64,000 nucleotides of DNA. Source: Anthoceros angustus (taxonomy: Eukaryota; Plantae; Anthocerotophyta). The stretch lies in the NCBI GenBank assembly GCA_010909165.1, contig MU008178.1, positions 1,004,369 to 1,068,368 on the forward strand. The letters run 5' to 3'. Positions 51,361 through 63,047 of this stretch are shown here, piece by piece. How positions within the stretch are numbered: the stretch's first letter is position 1; every line of letters starts with the position of its first letter. A program made the position numbers and the translations under genes. The notes under the pieces are model-generated. The model was given only the letters and a program-made list of their open reading frames with translations, searched no databases and was not told the origin of the DNA.

Positions 51361-51780
51361 TGGTATCATGGCTTAAGGTCTCACGGTCTCATATACCGCA
51401 AGGTCTCAAGGACTGCTATCTCAAGGTCTCACAGTATGAAACACAGACTTGCATCTTAAGGTCTCACATCTTGCATCTTGATGTCTCACTTGAACAAAAA
51501 CTCATATAGTGGCTCATGGTCTTAAGATGCGGGCCTCAAGGCCTCACTCTAGCTACGGCATACGCTATCATACTCTAAGAAATGCGGCCTTACATAGGTC
51601 TTATTTTAAGAAACGTCTTTCATGGCTCAAGGGCTTACTCTAAGAGGTTTTATTTTAAGAAACATCTTCCATGGCTTAAGGGCTTACTCTAAGAAACACG
51701 GCCATAAATATGGCTCAAGGTCTTACCCCAAAAAACAAGGCCTTGCAACCTCAAGGTCTAATTGACCAAAAACCCTCAGA
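51361..51780 (+). mobile_element. tRNA-Met-type PBS-like site followed by degenerate short repeats (CTCAAGGTCTCAC / TTACTCTAAGA)
   Basis: ..TGTGACA-TA-TGGTATCA resembles an LTR end plus the PBS TGGTATCAGAGC. Confidence 0.45.
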
Positions 51781-52923
51781 AAATTTCCAGGGAGTATGGA
51801 AGTAACACTTATAGAGCGTTAACATTTATATAAGGCACATTTTTCGAGGGTAGAGTGTATCTCAAACTACCGTTACGTGAGCCCACCTCCCCGTGTGACA
51901 GGGGCAGTGGGGATGCAGACCTTCCGTGAATGTATGCCCTAAATGTATGAAAACTTTCTTTCCCACCCTGCACGAACATTTTCCATTCCACGAACTGGAT
52001 CCAGACTCCCTCCATACGGGATATGATGGATGAGAGGCCATGCAGGCCATCGGCGGCGGCCTATGTGACGAGGCAGCAGCAGGCCGGGCCGAGGGCCGAG
52101 GGCCCCAAAAGAATCCAGAGCTGGAGAAGGCACGGCCGACACGCGGTCGGTGCAGCCCACCACGGCAGCGCGTTTGGAGGTCCACGAGGACGCGTGTCCA
52201 GCTCGGATCTCGCGTGCTCACGCGAACCCGCTCGAGGAGTAAAATAAAAACACGTATATCTGTGCACAATAATAAGTGTGTCAGGAGGCGGGCGTGGAAT
52301 GGATGCAGGATTCCAGTTCCAGAAGCACCTCGGAGGCCCTCCGCTGACAGTTACAGTGACACCGCTCTAGCCTGCCGCACATGGGTCAGGATGGCCAGGT
52401 TTGGCAGGGCCTCCAGTCTAATCTCCCTCTCCCTGGGATGGAAGTTGAGGGAACGATCCAGCATCGTACTCCTGGCGTGAAGAAACCCCACCGCGGGCCG
52501 GCGATCCGATCGCTCTTGGGCGGGTCGAGCTCCAGCTGGTGCGGGCCCTCTGCACTGCGAATGCGTCGCCCTGGGCTGCGTGTGTGTCGCCCAACTTGGC
52601 CAGCATGGGGGATGAGGTCTTGAGTCGCTGCTCCCGTCATCCGTGCCACTCGGATTTGATCGCTACTGCGTCCTGGATATGGCCCGGATAGGGGACGCCG
52701 GTTGCCGCTGCCCGGAAGCCACAGCCTGAGCAGTTTCGCCGCCGCCGCCCTCGCCGCCTGCTGTGCTAGGCTGCGGGCATTGCCTGCCAGAGGGGTCCGT
52801 GGGCCGGGGGGAGCTTGGAGTTGACGGTAGCCAGGGTTGCTGGGTTCGGGCCGCCATGGCGGCGCACTGAGCTTGGCCGAGGTGGGTCAGCAAGGGCAAT
52901 TTTGGGTGCTAGCTAGCTTCAGC

Positions 52924-54782
52924 ATGAGCTCGCAGGAGAGTGTGAGATGGGGCTCGGATGGGGGGTCGCAGGAGGAGGCCCCCAGCTACATGAAAGTGGC
53001 CACGGGGAATCTGGTGGCCTCGCTGCTGCGCGATAACTCGGACACGGTGCCTGATGTGTTTGTGCTGAGAGAGCGGGGCCAGCCGGATGGACCTGGACCT
53101 GGACCTGGACCTGGAGTGGAGCACGCGGGTGTGCCCATTTTTGATCTCGCTGCTCTGGGGAAGGAGGCGGGTACGCCTGAGCACGACAGGCTGGTTGCGG
53201 ACATCGTGAGATCGAGCAAGGAGTGGGGTTGCTTCCAGATTACCAATCACGGAATCCCCCTGGAGCTCGTGGAAGAAGCCCGGCACCAGGTTTTCCGGTT
53301 CTTCTGCCTGCCCTTCTCCCACAAGGCCCGGATTTTCTCGCCTCCCAACAGCTTGATGGGTTACGCGTGCGGAGGGAATCGTACGTCTGGTTTTCTATGG
53401 CAGGAAGGGTTGGCGATCAATGCCACGGAGGAGTGCCTGGTGGATTGTGCACGGAAGGTATGGCCTGAAGGGAACGATGAATTCAGGTATACATTCACCC
53501 CACCCCCGCATCCCAGGACTGGCGTTTGCTTGCTGCCTGCTGATGCACCTGTCGTCTAGGTTTGATGGGTAGTTGGACCTGCTCTTTCTTCTACAAGATA
53601 AAGAATGTGTGAGGATGGAAAGGAAAAATGTCAGACACAGTCGCTAGTTCATGCTTCTTCATGGTTGTCTGCCGCCCAAGGACCACCTCACAGCATTTGA
53701 TGCTTCATAGGTTCCGGGTGTTTGAAAAGCTGGCTTTAGCTTACCAAATGCCTGCCAACTTACGGACTAACTATGGGGGGTAAAGTAGTGGATGTACTAC
53801 AAATGCCTTGTCGCGCACCTGCGTAGTTGTGCTTCCTACTGTCTCTCACTCCTTGTTTGGGCCTTTGCAACAGTCGTGTGGTGGGAGCCTACGTCAACTC
53901 AGTCTCTAAGCTTGCCATGCAGCTTCTAGAGATCCTCACAGCTGCTTTGGGAGCGAGTGATCCTCATTTTTTGAACAAGGTCTTTGTGCCTGGATCTTCC
54001 ACCGTTAGGTTCAATTACTACCTGCCATGTCCTCAACCCTCCGCCACGTATGGTTCCAGTCCGTTAACAGATATCCAAGTTCTTGCCATTGTGCACCCTG
54101 ATGAAGTGGCAGGCTTGCAAGTGAAGAAGGACGGGAAATGGATCCCTGTGCACTCACGAGCCGACTCGTTTGTTGTCAACATTGGCGATGCTCTTCAGGT
54201 ATGCAGTCTGGGGGCCCGCCTCGGAGTCTTTGTGCTAGGTTACTGCTCCCTTTGGTCTCTACATGGTTGTAGTTGGCTAGTTTTCAAGTCTGCCAGCTGT
54301 TAAAGTGGTAGGGATACCTTTTCAGTCCTCCACCTGTCTGCAAACAGTTGCTCGTGGGATCTTCTTAGCCAGCAACACCTGAAGTGTTTACACTCTACAC
54401 TTCACAGGATGCCATCTAGCCACCTGCCAGTGCCTGAAGTCTATGCTCTTGAGGTGGTTAGTTAGGGCAGAGTACACGACAAATCTGATGCCCTCGCTTG
54501 CCTCCTGCGGTGCAGGTATTCAGCAATGATAGATACGTGAGCGTGGAGCATCGAGCCATCGTGAACACAAGCACAACATGGCTGACGATGGGTTACTACT
54601 TGACCCCATCAGATGAGACGGGAGTCACTCCTCCACCGGAGCTGGTCACCTCTGAACATCCCCAGCTTTACAAGCCATTCACCTATGCAGAGTACAGCAC
54701 CCGGATGTGCAACAAGGTGTTGTCACCAGTGTTCAAGTACCTGGGAAAGACGGCGCTCAACAGGTATCGACTCGGTGGGTAG
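52924..54782 (+). CDS. 2-oxoglutarate/Fe(II) dioxygenase (DOXC), catalytically divergent; exons 52924-53486, 53874-54198, 54516-54782
   Basis: DIOX_N (VPIFDL..EWGCFQITNHGI), NYYLPCPQP, GLQV..W..FVVNIGDALQVFSNDRY.SVEHRA; HxD reads L-T-D and RxS reads W-L-T. Confidence 0.88.
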
Positions 54783-55171
54783 CGCTGTCAGTAGACATGG
54801 TGTGTACAGAAATTGCAATCAGTCCAGAGATTGTCTACGGTACAGACTAACTCAATTCTTTCAAATGTTGCGCGTGATTTATTTTCACCGCCTGCCAGTG
54901 CTAGAAGGGTCCGACGACGATGTGCAGCGCATTGACATTTCTTGCCTTAAGATGCACTCTACCTAGCTATCAAATGTAACATCTGTGTAACGTTGCCTCT
55001 TACTTTTCCACTCAAAATTACACAGTTCAGAATACCTTACTTTGCTCGACGGAGTCAACGTCTGGGAGGAGTTAGTCTACGTACCCTAGACCTTACATCT
55101 CTCCAAATCCAAACCATCAATCTCAATCGAGGGTTAATGAAATAATGTACAAACCAGGCCACAGCTACTCC

Positions 55172-57334
55172 TTACATTTCGATGACAGTCCTCTGATAGC
55201 CTCTTTCCGCCACCAGCCGGTCCAAGTAAGCCAGAACCGCGTCTCGCCGCTTCATGAGCTGCTCGACCTCGTCCTGCGAGAGAAAGCCCTGGAACCTCTC
55301 CGCCACCTCCTGCTTCTCCAGGAAGCGCAGACGGAGATAGGTTTTGGCGGAGACGCAGCGCACGGGCCCGGTCTGGAAGGCGTTCTCGTCCGTGAGGGAC
55401 ACCACGGCCTCTTTGCGGAATCCGGCCGCGTGGTCGATGAGCACCGGGAGGGACTTGAAGCGGTCGGCCCAGTGCTCGCCGAAGAGGAAGTGGCCGTGGT
55501 GGCGGTCGCTGTTGTTGAGCAGGCAGTCGAGGATGCGGGTATCGCTGAGGAGGCGGGCGACCGGTACGCCCCAGTTTGTCGCCGGGACTCGCTTCAGCTC
55601 CTTGCTGTTGCGCACGTAGTAGACGAAGGCGCCCTCCTGGAAGTGCTTGGAGCACTTGAGCTCGATGCGGCCGCGGCGGTAGGCCACCGGCGGGACGTAG
55701 TCCATACCCAACAGCAGGTTGAGCTCGTACGCCACCCACTCCACGGGCGCCCGGTGCCAGCCCTCGGCGTCCCCGTACGCCCGCGGCTTGAACAGCGCTT
55801 CCATCTTCTCCCCCGTCCGCTCCTCCTGCAGCTGCACGATGAAGCTCTCGTGGCCGAATTTGCTCGGCGGGTCCATTGGCCGGGATCCCACGATCTTGCC
55901 GTGCGCCAGGATGTCGACGATGCGAGCGTGCCGCTCTGCGCACACCGGGTCTGCAGAGAGCCGGGACTGCTGGATCCGAGAATGCCGCACCGCCTGCGCC
56001 GTCTCCACCAGAGTCTGCATCGCCAGAGCCACGTAGTCGTCGCTGTCCAGGCCGGTGATGAGGCAGCCATCGCCAGTGCACCGCACCGAGGTCTCCATGG
56101 TCACCACCGCGGTTTTTCTCAAGTCGTCCTTCTTTATCACCGTCTTGGTGCAGGAGAGCGCGCCCGGATGTGCCACAACGCATTCCATGCTCTCCGAGAG
56201 GCTGGTCATGGAGCTCACATCCATCTCGTCGTCTGTGGTCTGCTCGGACGTCTCCCCCTCGGACTGCTCCGACTCCGAGCTCGACTGCTGCAACCCGTTC
56301 GAATTCGTGTTCCAGCCGTCATCCGAGCTGCGGCTCTCTTTGAGGTAATTGGCGATGTCCGCAATGTCCCCGCTCGCCTGGTCCTCCACCTCGCAGGCAG
56401 CGTCATCCTCGGATCCGGAGCTCGAGTCGGTGGCGCGTTGCAGCTCCTGAATCAGACTGGTTGACTTGCGGACTTGACCCTCGGACCGCTTCACCTCCTC
56501 CAGCTTTTGCATGATGGCCAGCTTCTTGAGCTTCACCGCCTCGATCCTGGCCTCCTGCGCTTTGGAATTGAGGGACTTGGTGGTCTCCAGCAGCAGCTCC
56601 TGGAAGTCCTTCATCTGCTTGCTCATCACCTCGTTCTGGATCTGAATGGTGTGGATGTTGGAGAGAATGCCCTGCAAATCCACATCCAGCTGGCCGGCGT
56701 TGTCCTGAGACTGTTGCAAGGCGGAATCCAGGCTGAATTTGATGCTCCCGGAAGCAGAATGTGGGGCTCCGACAAGCAACTGCGGCCCTGAGCTGCTCTC
56801 CACGTCCGGAGCCACATCAAGCAGGCCTCCGGCGGGAGCAACATTGATGGGAGATCCTGCAGCAGCAGCAGTAGTGCCAGGAACCGAGAGAGGGGACGGT
56901 GAAGCACTGAGATAAGGGGAACTTGCCTCATCGGTAACAGACGAAAAATCGGAGCCCGAGTTGGAGAGCGAGTGGCGCGTCATGCGGTATTGACTCAATC
57001 CCGCTGGAGAGTAGCGCATACCCAGCGCCACCTTAGCGGGAGTGGTACAAGGCGCAGCAGCGCTGGCACCGCCAGTGGAAGATGCGGGAAAGGAAAAAGA
57101 CACAGTGAGAAAAGGCGAAGCTCCGGTTCCGGTTCCGGTTCCGGCTCCGGCTTCGGCTTCGGCTCCGGCTCCAGCCACAACTCCTCCTCCTCCTCTTCCC
57201 AGGCCCTGCATCAAATTGAAACCCCGGTTGTGCCCGCACAGCTGCTGCTCCTTGATCCGGAAGCCAGACCGGGGAGAAGAAGCATCGGACACTACTGTGA
57301 GCCATAGCTTGTTGGCATGTGCCACCACCTCCAT
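55172..57334 (-). CDS. Intronless atypical kinase (PI4K type II/Fam20-like fold) with long low-complexity N-terminus and a coiled coil
   Basis: ALFKPR, EWVAYELNLLLGMDYVPP, ILDCLLNNSDRHHGHFL, VLIDHAAGF; first ATG at 57334 within a 725-codon open frame. Confidence 0.78.
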   Translation of the reverse strand: MEVVAHANKLWLTVVSDASSPRSGFRIKEQQLCGHNRGFNLMQGLGRGGGGVVAGAGAEAEAGAGTGTGTGASPFLTVSFSFPASSTGGASAAAPCTTPAKVALGMRYSPAGLSQYRMTRHSLSNSGSDFSSVTDEASSPYLSASPSPLSVPGTTAAAAGSPINVAPAGGLLDVAPDVESSSGPQLLVGAPHSASGSIKFSLDSALQQSQDNAGQLDVDLQGILSNIHTIQIQNEVMSKQMKDFQELLLETTKSLNSKAQEARIEAVKLKKLAIMQKLEEVKRSEGQVRKSTSLIQELQRATDSSSGSEDDAACEVEDQASGDIADIANYLKESRSSDDGWNTNSNGLQQSSSESEQSEGETSEQTTDDEMDVSSMTSLSESMECVVAHPGALSCTKTVIKKDDLRKTAVVTMETSVRCTGDGCLITGLDSDDYVALAMQTLVETAQAVRHSRIQQSRLSADPVCAERHARIVDILAHGKIVGSRPMDPPSKFGHESFIVQLQEERTGEKMEALFKPRAYGDAEGWHRAPVEWVAYELNLLLGMDYVPPVAYRRGRIELKCSKHFQEGAFVYYVRNSKELKRVPATNWGVPVARLLSDTRILDCLLNNSDRHHGHFLFGEHWADRFKSLPVLIDHAAGFRKEAVVSLTDENAFQTGPVRCVSAKTYLRLRFLEKQEVAERFQGFLSQDEVEQLMKRRDAVLAYLDRLVAERGYQRTVIEM

Positions 57335-58649
57335 AGCCAGCAGCTTCAAGCCAGGCTATTAGGCAGTGAAAATGAATCTTGAGCGGCTCAACAAGCCTAG
57401 CCCGGCGCCGACGCCTCCTCTTTCCCGCCTCCGGCTCCTCACCGTCACAAAAGGGAGCCGGGGGAGACGGAGCGACCGCAACAATTTCTGTTGCTGTGCG
57501 GCGGTAAGGATCGTCCTCTCGGTATCATCGTCTCAAAGAGTGGATGAGAAAAATTTCAAGATTCAGTCTCCCCTCCCCGCTCCTCCCACTTGAGCTTATC
57601 CCCTCCTGCAAGAAACGCACACTGGCCCGAGCAGCCGCGCACGCTGAAACCCCAGGCGCAACATTCGCGTGAATTCTCCAAGCCGGGAGCTTCTTGGAAC
57701 GGGAAACGAGATTTTTGCACAGCACACGAAAGGACCAGGGATCAGCCTCACCTTCACTGTCCGGATGCACCTTCCGGATGAGGCGATCTGTGTGAATCAG
57801 GCAGTCATGCCCGGCGCGGTGACAGCGTGACACTTCCTTCCCCGGGCCGCCGCTCCCCGCTCCCCACTGCCCGGCCCGTGCTGGAGTGCCAGGTGCAACC
57901 AACCAACTGGTGCGTGATTTACAATTCCGCGCTTGCAATGCTAACTTGGTGTGGAGGCCATATGCATGGACCATGGTGAAGCGGTCAGAGGCTGCCAGTG
58001 CCGGAGGCGGGCCCGATCTCACTGTGTGCCCATCCCCGTGCTGAGACACTGTTTGGATCTGCATTAGGCACCTCATCAGCCCTGATTACCCTCCCGAATC
58101 CGACCAGAAGAGCTGCCGCACCGCACACCAAAATATCGCCCTCGTCCTGATTGCAGATATTTCACGCAAACCTGCCAGCCGGAGCCCCATTGGCCGGAGA
58201 GCAGGGACGGCACTGGCCTCCAGGCATCCGGCCCCGGCCCCGGCCCAGTTTCCCAAAAGCGAAAGCGTAACGTGCAACAGAACTCGACCGGGGCCCGGGG
58301 GCCCCGCCCGGCCCGAAAGAAGCGGGAAAGAATCGTTATCGGGATCCTGTGACACACAAGCCACGCCGGCCAAAGCGCCCGGTGAAGTGAACTCTGCCGC
58401 GAGAGAAGAACCCAAAACAAAGGCAACGCAAGGACGGAAGAAGCGAGTCGTGAAACAACCACAAATCGCGACCCCGTCAATCTTACTCTTGTGCAAATCT
58501 TACTCACGGTAAATAGATAACGCCGTCTCGTCTTCTGAATCGGAAGCCACAGTGGGCAGAGATCCGTGTCAGCGGGTGGCGTGAAGATTCGTCTCCCGCA
58601 ATGTTCTGTCTTGGGGGGCATTTGAGCTGGTAGCTCGGGACGAGTCGTC

Positions 58650-60084
58650 ATGGCGGCGGTGGCGATGCCGGGCGCCATGGACGGGCTGGCCCCGGGCTTT
58701 CTGTGGCCGCCCCCCCCAGCGATTCTGAAGGAAATTGATGAGAAGGAGGAGGAGCAGCAGCAGCAGCAGCAGGATGTGCCGCTCTTCGACCTCTCTATTC
58801 TTGAGGGTGGGGGCGAGGCGGGCAGGGCGAGGCTGGCGCGGGAGGTGGGGCAGGCGGCTCGGGACTGGGGCTTCTTCCAGATCGTGAACCACGGCGTGTC
58901 GTTGGACCTCGTGGAGCACGTGGAGGCCCTGGCGCGATCCCTGTTCGCGCTGCCCTTCGAGCAGAAGCTGGCGGGGTGCTGCCCCGGCCCGTCGGATGGA
59001 TCCTCCGTGGGATACCGGGTCGGGGGCGTCCCCGAGCCCCTGCCGCGTGCACCCGTCCTGCGCAGGAGCTCCTCCAACCTCTTCCTGTGGCAGCAGAACT
59101 TCACCGTCTTCAACGACCCCGGGATTATCCAGCACTACTCCAACAGAATCTGGCCCGACCCCGACCGAGCCCAGGAATTCAGGTATCCAGCTGCAGGCCC
59201 GGCGTGCGATGTGATTCCGTTGTCAAAATTCATCCCTTGGCAATGCGCTTGCTGATCGATCACCGGAATGGATGGGATGGGATGGGATTGGATTGGATTG
59301 GATTGGATTGGATTGGATTGGATTGGGTTGCATGGAACACAGCGCCAGGCTGGGGGAGTACGTGATGGCGGCGGAGAAGGTGGCGAAGCAGATGGTGGAG
59401 CTGCTGACGGAGGCGCTGGGGCCCGGGGTGGAGCGGGATTGCATCACGCGCTACTGCGGCGGCGCGGACAGTTTCACCACGCACCGTCTCAATTTCTACC
59501 CCAACTGCCCGGAGCCGTCCAAGAGCATCGGCGTGGTGCCGCACTCCGACCCATCCGTGCTCACCGTGCTGCACCAGGACCACGTGGGCGGGCTCGAGAT
59601 CCTCAAGGACGGGCGCTGGGTTTTCGTGAAGCCGCATCCCGGGGCCTTCGTCGTCAACGTCGGGGACATTCTCCAGGTGACCATCCCAATCGTCTCGTCT
59701 CTCGCTCACCGACGTCGTAAGCGCTGAATTCATCTCAATGCTGGTGGACGTGTCTGTGTTTAATTTCGTGCTGCTGGGTTGCAGGCTGTGAGCAATGACG
59801 TATATCCCAGCGTGATGCATCGAGCGCAGGTGCATCCCGACACGCCCAGGCTGTCCATGGCCTTGTTCTACTCCCCCCTCAAGGACGCCACCGTGGCGCC
59901 CTTGCCCCAGCTGCTCGACTCTCACCACCCGCCCGTTTACAGGCCCTTCACCTACGCAGAATACCTCGCCTTGTTCAAATCGCGGCAGCCCAGCAGCAAC
60001 AGCCTCCTTGCCTACGTCAGGGCAGATTTTTGTGACGACCGTCGGCAGACCAAGGACTACGGTAGCGAGGATGTTGATTCTTAA
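58650..60084 (+). CDS. 2-oxoglutarate/Fe(II) dioxygenase (DOXC), canonical active site; exons approx. 58650-59183, 59344-59676, 59785-60084
   Basis: VPLFDL..DWGFFQIVNHGV, NFYPNCPEP, PHSD (HxD), VMHRA, RLS (RxS). Confidence 0.92.
59270..59324. repeat. Compound (GGATG)n(GGATT)n microsatellite in intron 1 of the second 2OGD
   Basis: Direct reading. Confidence 0.95.
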
Positions 60085-60149
60085 ATCTTTTCTTTAACTT
60101 CAGATATGTGAAGTGCTCGCTCATGCTATTCTGGGGGCCGAGATAGGAA

Positions 60150-60992
60150 TAAGGGACAATATCCAATGTCAGCGAGGTCTGCATACTCTTCAGACTTCTC
60201 TCTTCATTCGGAGGTGTCCAAAATGTCTGCTCCAGCCCCACACGCTTGAGCAGTAAGCCCATCGAAGAGCAAAGAAATACCTTTAGACTGAACCTTGCAG
60301 AGAAAAACGACAGGCTGCAAGCCATATGGCAACATGCTTTCACCTCGGCTTCATCTGTAGCTCACTCTACAATACCAACCTTGTTTTGCATCTGTACGGA
60401 CGACAGTGCAGCAGTATCATGGTGACCGTGTACACTGGATACTACACTTGACTCCCTGTCACACCCATTACCTTTGACACTATCTTACGAACTTCGGCAC
60501 AACTTGGACGAGAAACCAAAGACTGATCAAGGGCATCAGCTAACTTATTAAAATCTTCCAGGTCAACATAGGGTGATGCTCGATCCCATTTTGCATCTTC
60601 ATCATCGGGGTCTGCTCATATTGTCTCTGAGAGGCAACGAATGGGAACGTTTCCCTGCTCGCTGAAGACATCACTAATATAATGGGGCAAAAGCCTCACG
60701 GAGTTCAGTGTTTGAATAGAAAGGGGAGGACCTGTAGACTAGTGCTTCCAAAGTGCCCAGCTGTAGGCTTCTCTAAGGCCTTCAATCTGCTGCAGACGAA
60801 GAACGGAACCATCACATTGACCACAATGCAAGGCGTTTCCTTAAAGCTGAAATATCCTTTGGATTCATTTGTGCCGCCGCACAGTACAAGTCAAATGCCC
60901 TCTTCCTGTTCCTCATGTACCAGGCCAAGTGTATGAAGGGTGCCTGGGATATATGGCTCCAGTACGACCACCTCCTGGACAAGTTTTCTCGC
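60150..60992 (-). pseudogene. Unprocessed pseudogene fragment of TFIIIC subunit 3 (GTF3C3/Tfc4-like TPR protein)
   Basis: Exon 60992-60816 ARKLVQEVVVLEPYIPGTLHTLGLVHEEQ/(frameshift)RKRAFDLYCAAAQMNPKDISALRKRLALWS; exon 60661-60472 EQGN..CLSETI*ADPDDEDAKWDRASPYVDLEDFNK..; GT-AG boundaries retained. Confidence 0.7.
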
Positions 60993-62138
60993 CTGGACTA
61001 GCCACCTCAACCTTAAAGTAAGACCATGAGGTATCCACTGCTTAGTGCTCTGCTGGCACTGCAGGCTCCATTGCACCTCCACCCGCCTCCCTGTCTGAAG
61101 CTTGTGAAGTCGCATATTCTTGTGCTAGTAAGAGGTTTCCTTCACTTCGAGTGCAAAGTGCATGCCATAACAAGAGTTATGTATCACATTCACACAAGGC
61201 CTTTTCTTAATGCAACTTTGCATGCATGTACCCACAGAAGAATGAGACCAACTTGTCTCATGGAAGTATTGGAAGCAACATTTGCGAGATGGGAATGACG
61301 CTGGTGCAGATTAGTTGGTGCAGATTAGTTGGTGCAAGGCGCAAGATGAGGAGGGGAAGATCTTCTGGGCCCAATGATGTACTGCAGTACTGTATTCTTC
61401 AGTTCAGCAGCAGGCACTGTCGCTGTTGTTGGAAAGCTAGTGCGTGGGCATTGGCCGAGCATTTGTTGGGGTTTCTGCTTGCCTTCATTGGTTCAGCACT
61501 GGTCCCTGTGGCCTCCGGAAGCGGGTCCAGCAAAGAGCCCCTCAAATCAATTGCTGAAGAATGGAGTCGACCTCATTTCGCAAGGCCCTCTTCGCTTCAC
61601 ACGGATCGGAGCAATGCTACTGTTTAATGGATGATGCTTGTTTACGTGATATACAAACCACCTAACACGTTCTAACCTCTTCCACGTGTGAATCCCATTT
61701 CTTTTCAGAAATGCAACAAAACTCACTATTGTGTTTACTTGCTATGATGTTTGTAAAAGCTAATTATTTTATTCAATAAAATACAAATAATAGAATTTAA
61801 TTTCAATATAATATGAAATTAATTATTAATATCATCACTATCCTAGTTTGTATTTCTATGAATAACTATTATAGTTATATTTTATTTTTCTTACTTTTTA
61901 GTAAAATTAAAATATCTCATACACTATAGAACAACTAATTGCATGATATAATGCATCGTGTGCAAACCCTCTTTTTAGAGATTTCGGATATATTAAACTT
62001 CAAACAATCGAGACAATTTTGAACATACTTAAGCTTTAGAACACAACCTTCTTGGATGAACAAGGTCACATCGCTACCATCATCTAGTGATAAAGCTGTT
62101 GTACCTTCATTATGGGTGATATAACTATTTATAAGAGA

Positions 62139-62323
62139 ATAAATGGTTTTAGTAAAAGGATATCTATCCAAAATTTGAGCACTCGTTGCATAAATAGTTT
62201 CAATAAAAGGATATCTATCCAAAATTTGAGCACTCGCTGCATAAATGGTTTCAGTAAAAGGATATCTATCCAAAATTTGAGCACTCGCTGCATAAATGGT
62301 TTCAATAATAGGAAATCTATCCA
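62139..62323. repeat. 51-bp tandem repeat, 3 full copies plus a partial
   Basis: ATAAATGGTTTCAGTAAAAGGATATCTATCCAAAATTTGAGCACTCGCTGC-like units starting at 62139, 62190, 62241, 62292. Confidence 0.95.
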
Positions 62324-62469
62324 ATCGTAGGAGCGCGATTCTTCGGCGTGACATACCCAGTACGTGTGTGCTTGCATCAATGAGCGGCCAAATGCAGTCC
62401 AAAAGTAGGACTCTCAATGCGCTCGGAGAGATGAGGAATCAAGATGCCGTGATGTGTGCATCACATCGT

Positions 62470-63047
62470 ATACGAGCACTTCCTCAATGCATAACTATGC
62501 AAAACAAATCTAATATGTAAATATAGGTGTAAACCAATAACAATAGGAGGGAGTAGCTCGCACGTCTTGGCACAAACAAACTCTCCCCACGAGAACAACA
62601 CGCAAATTCCTCACACATCGCTCTCGGAGTCATAGCTTTGGCCTCCTCACAACACTCTTGCATGGCATATCTAGAGGACAAGGTATGATCTTGCAAGGAA
62701 TATGGTATAGCATGTTACTTGGAATGAGGTTGTCCTCTGTGAAAGGGTCTATATATACAAGCTCTTGGCATCATCATATTCTTAAGATATCCTATTGGCA
62801 TCAGCATATGCCGGAAATATCCTAAGAATATACTATAATATGCAAGGAATATGCTAAAGCATATTACTTGAGCTTATCTACTTAGCTATTGTTAACTATG
62901 TTTAATTAATACTAATCAATGCTTACTAAACATAAACACTTTAGATTAATTAATAGTAATTACTTATTTAAATATAAGTAATTAGATTAATTAATGCTTA
63001 TGAAACACTAAACCCAAGTGCAAAGATTAGTGTCACACGGCATGACA
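62470..63047 (-). mobile_element. LTR family copy 3 (inverted orientation)
   Basis: Reverse complement matches 47643 onward, starting exactly at TGTCATGCCGTGTGACACTAATC; small internal insertion near 62690-62730; 3' terminus diverged. Confidence 0.88.

Noticed and set aside
55134-56464. 439-aa plus-strand and 349-aa alternate-frame ORFs
   Set aside because: Stop-poor shadows of the GC-rich kinase CDS
58076-59113. 345-aa minus-strand ORF with poly-Cys
   Set aside because: Antisense to 2OGD exon 1; poly-Cys is the complement of a CAG run
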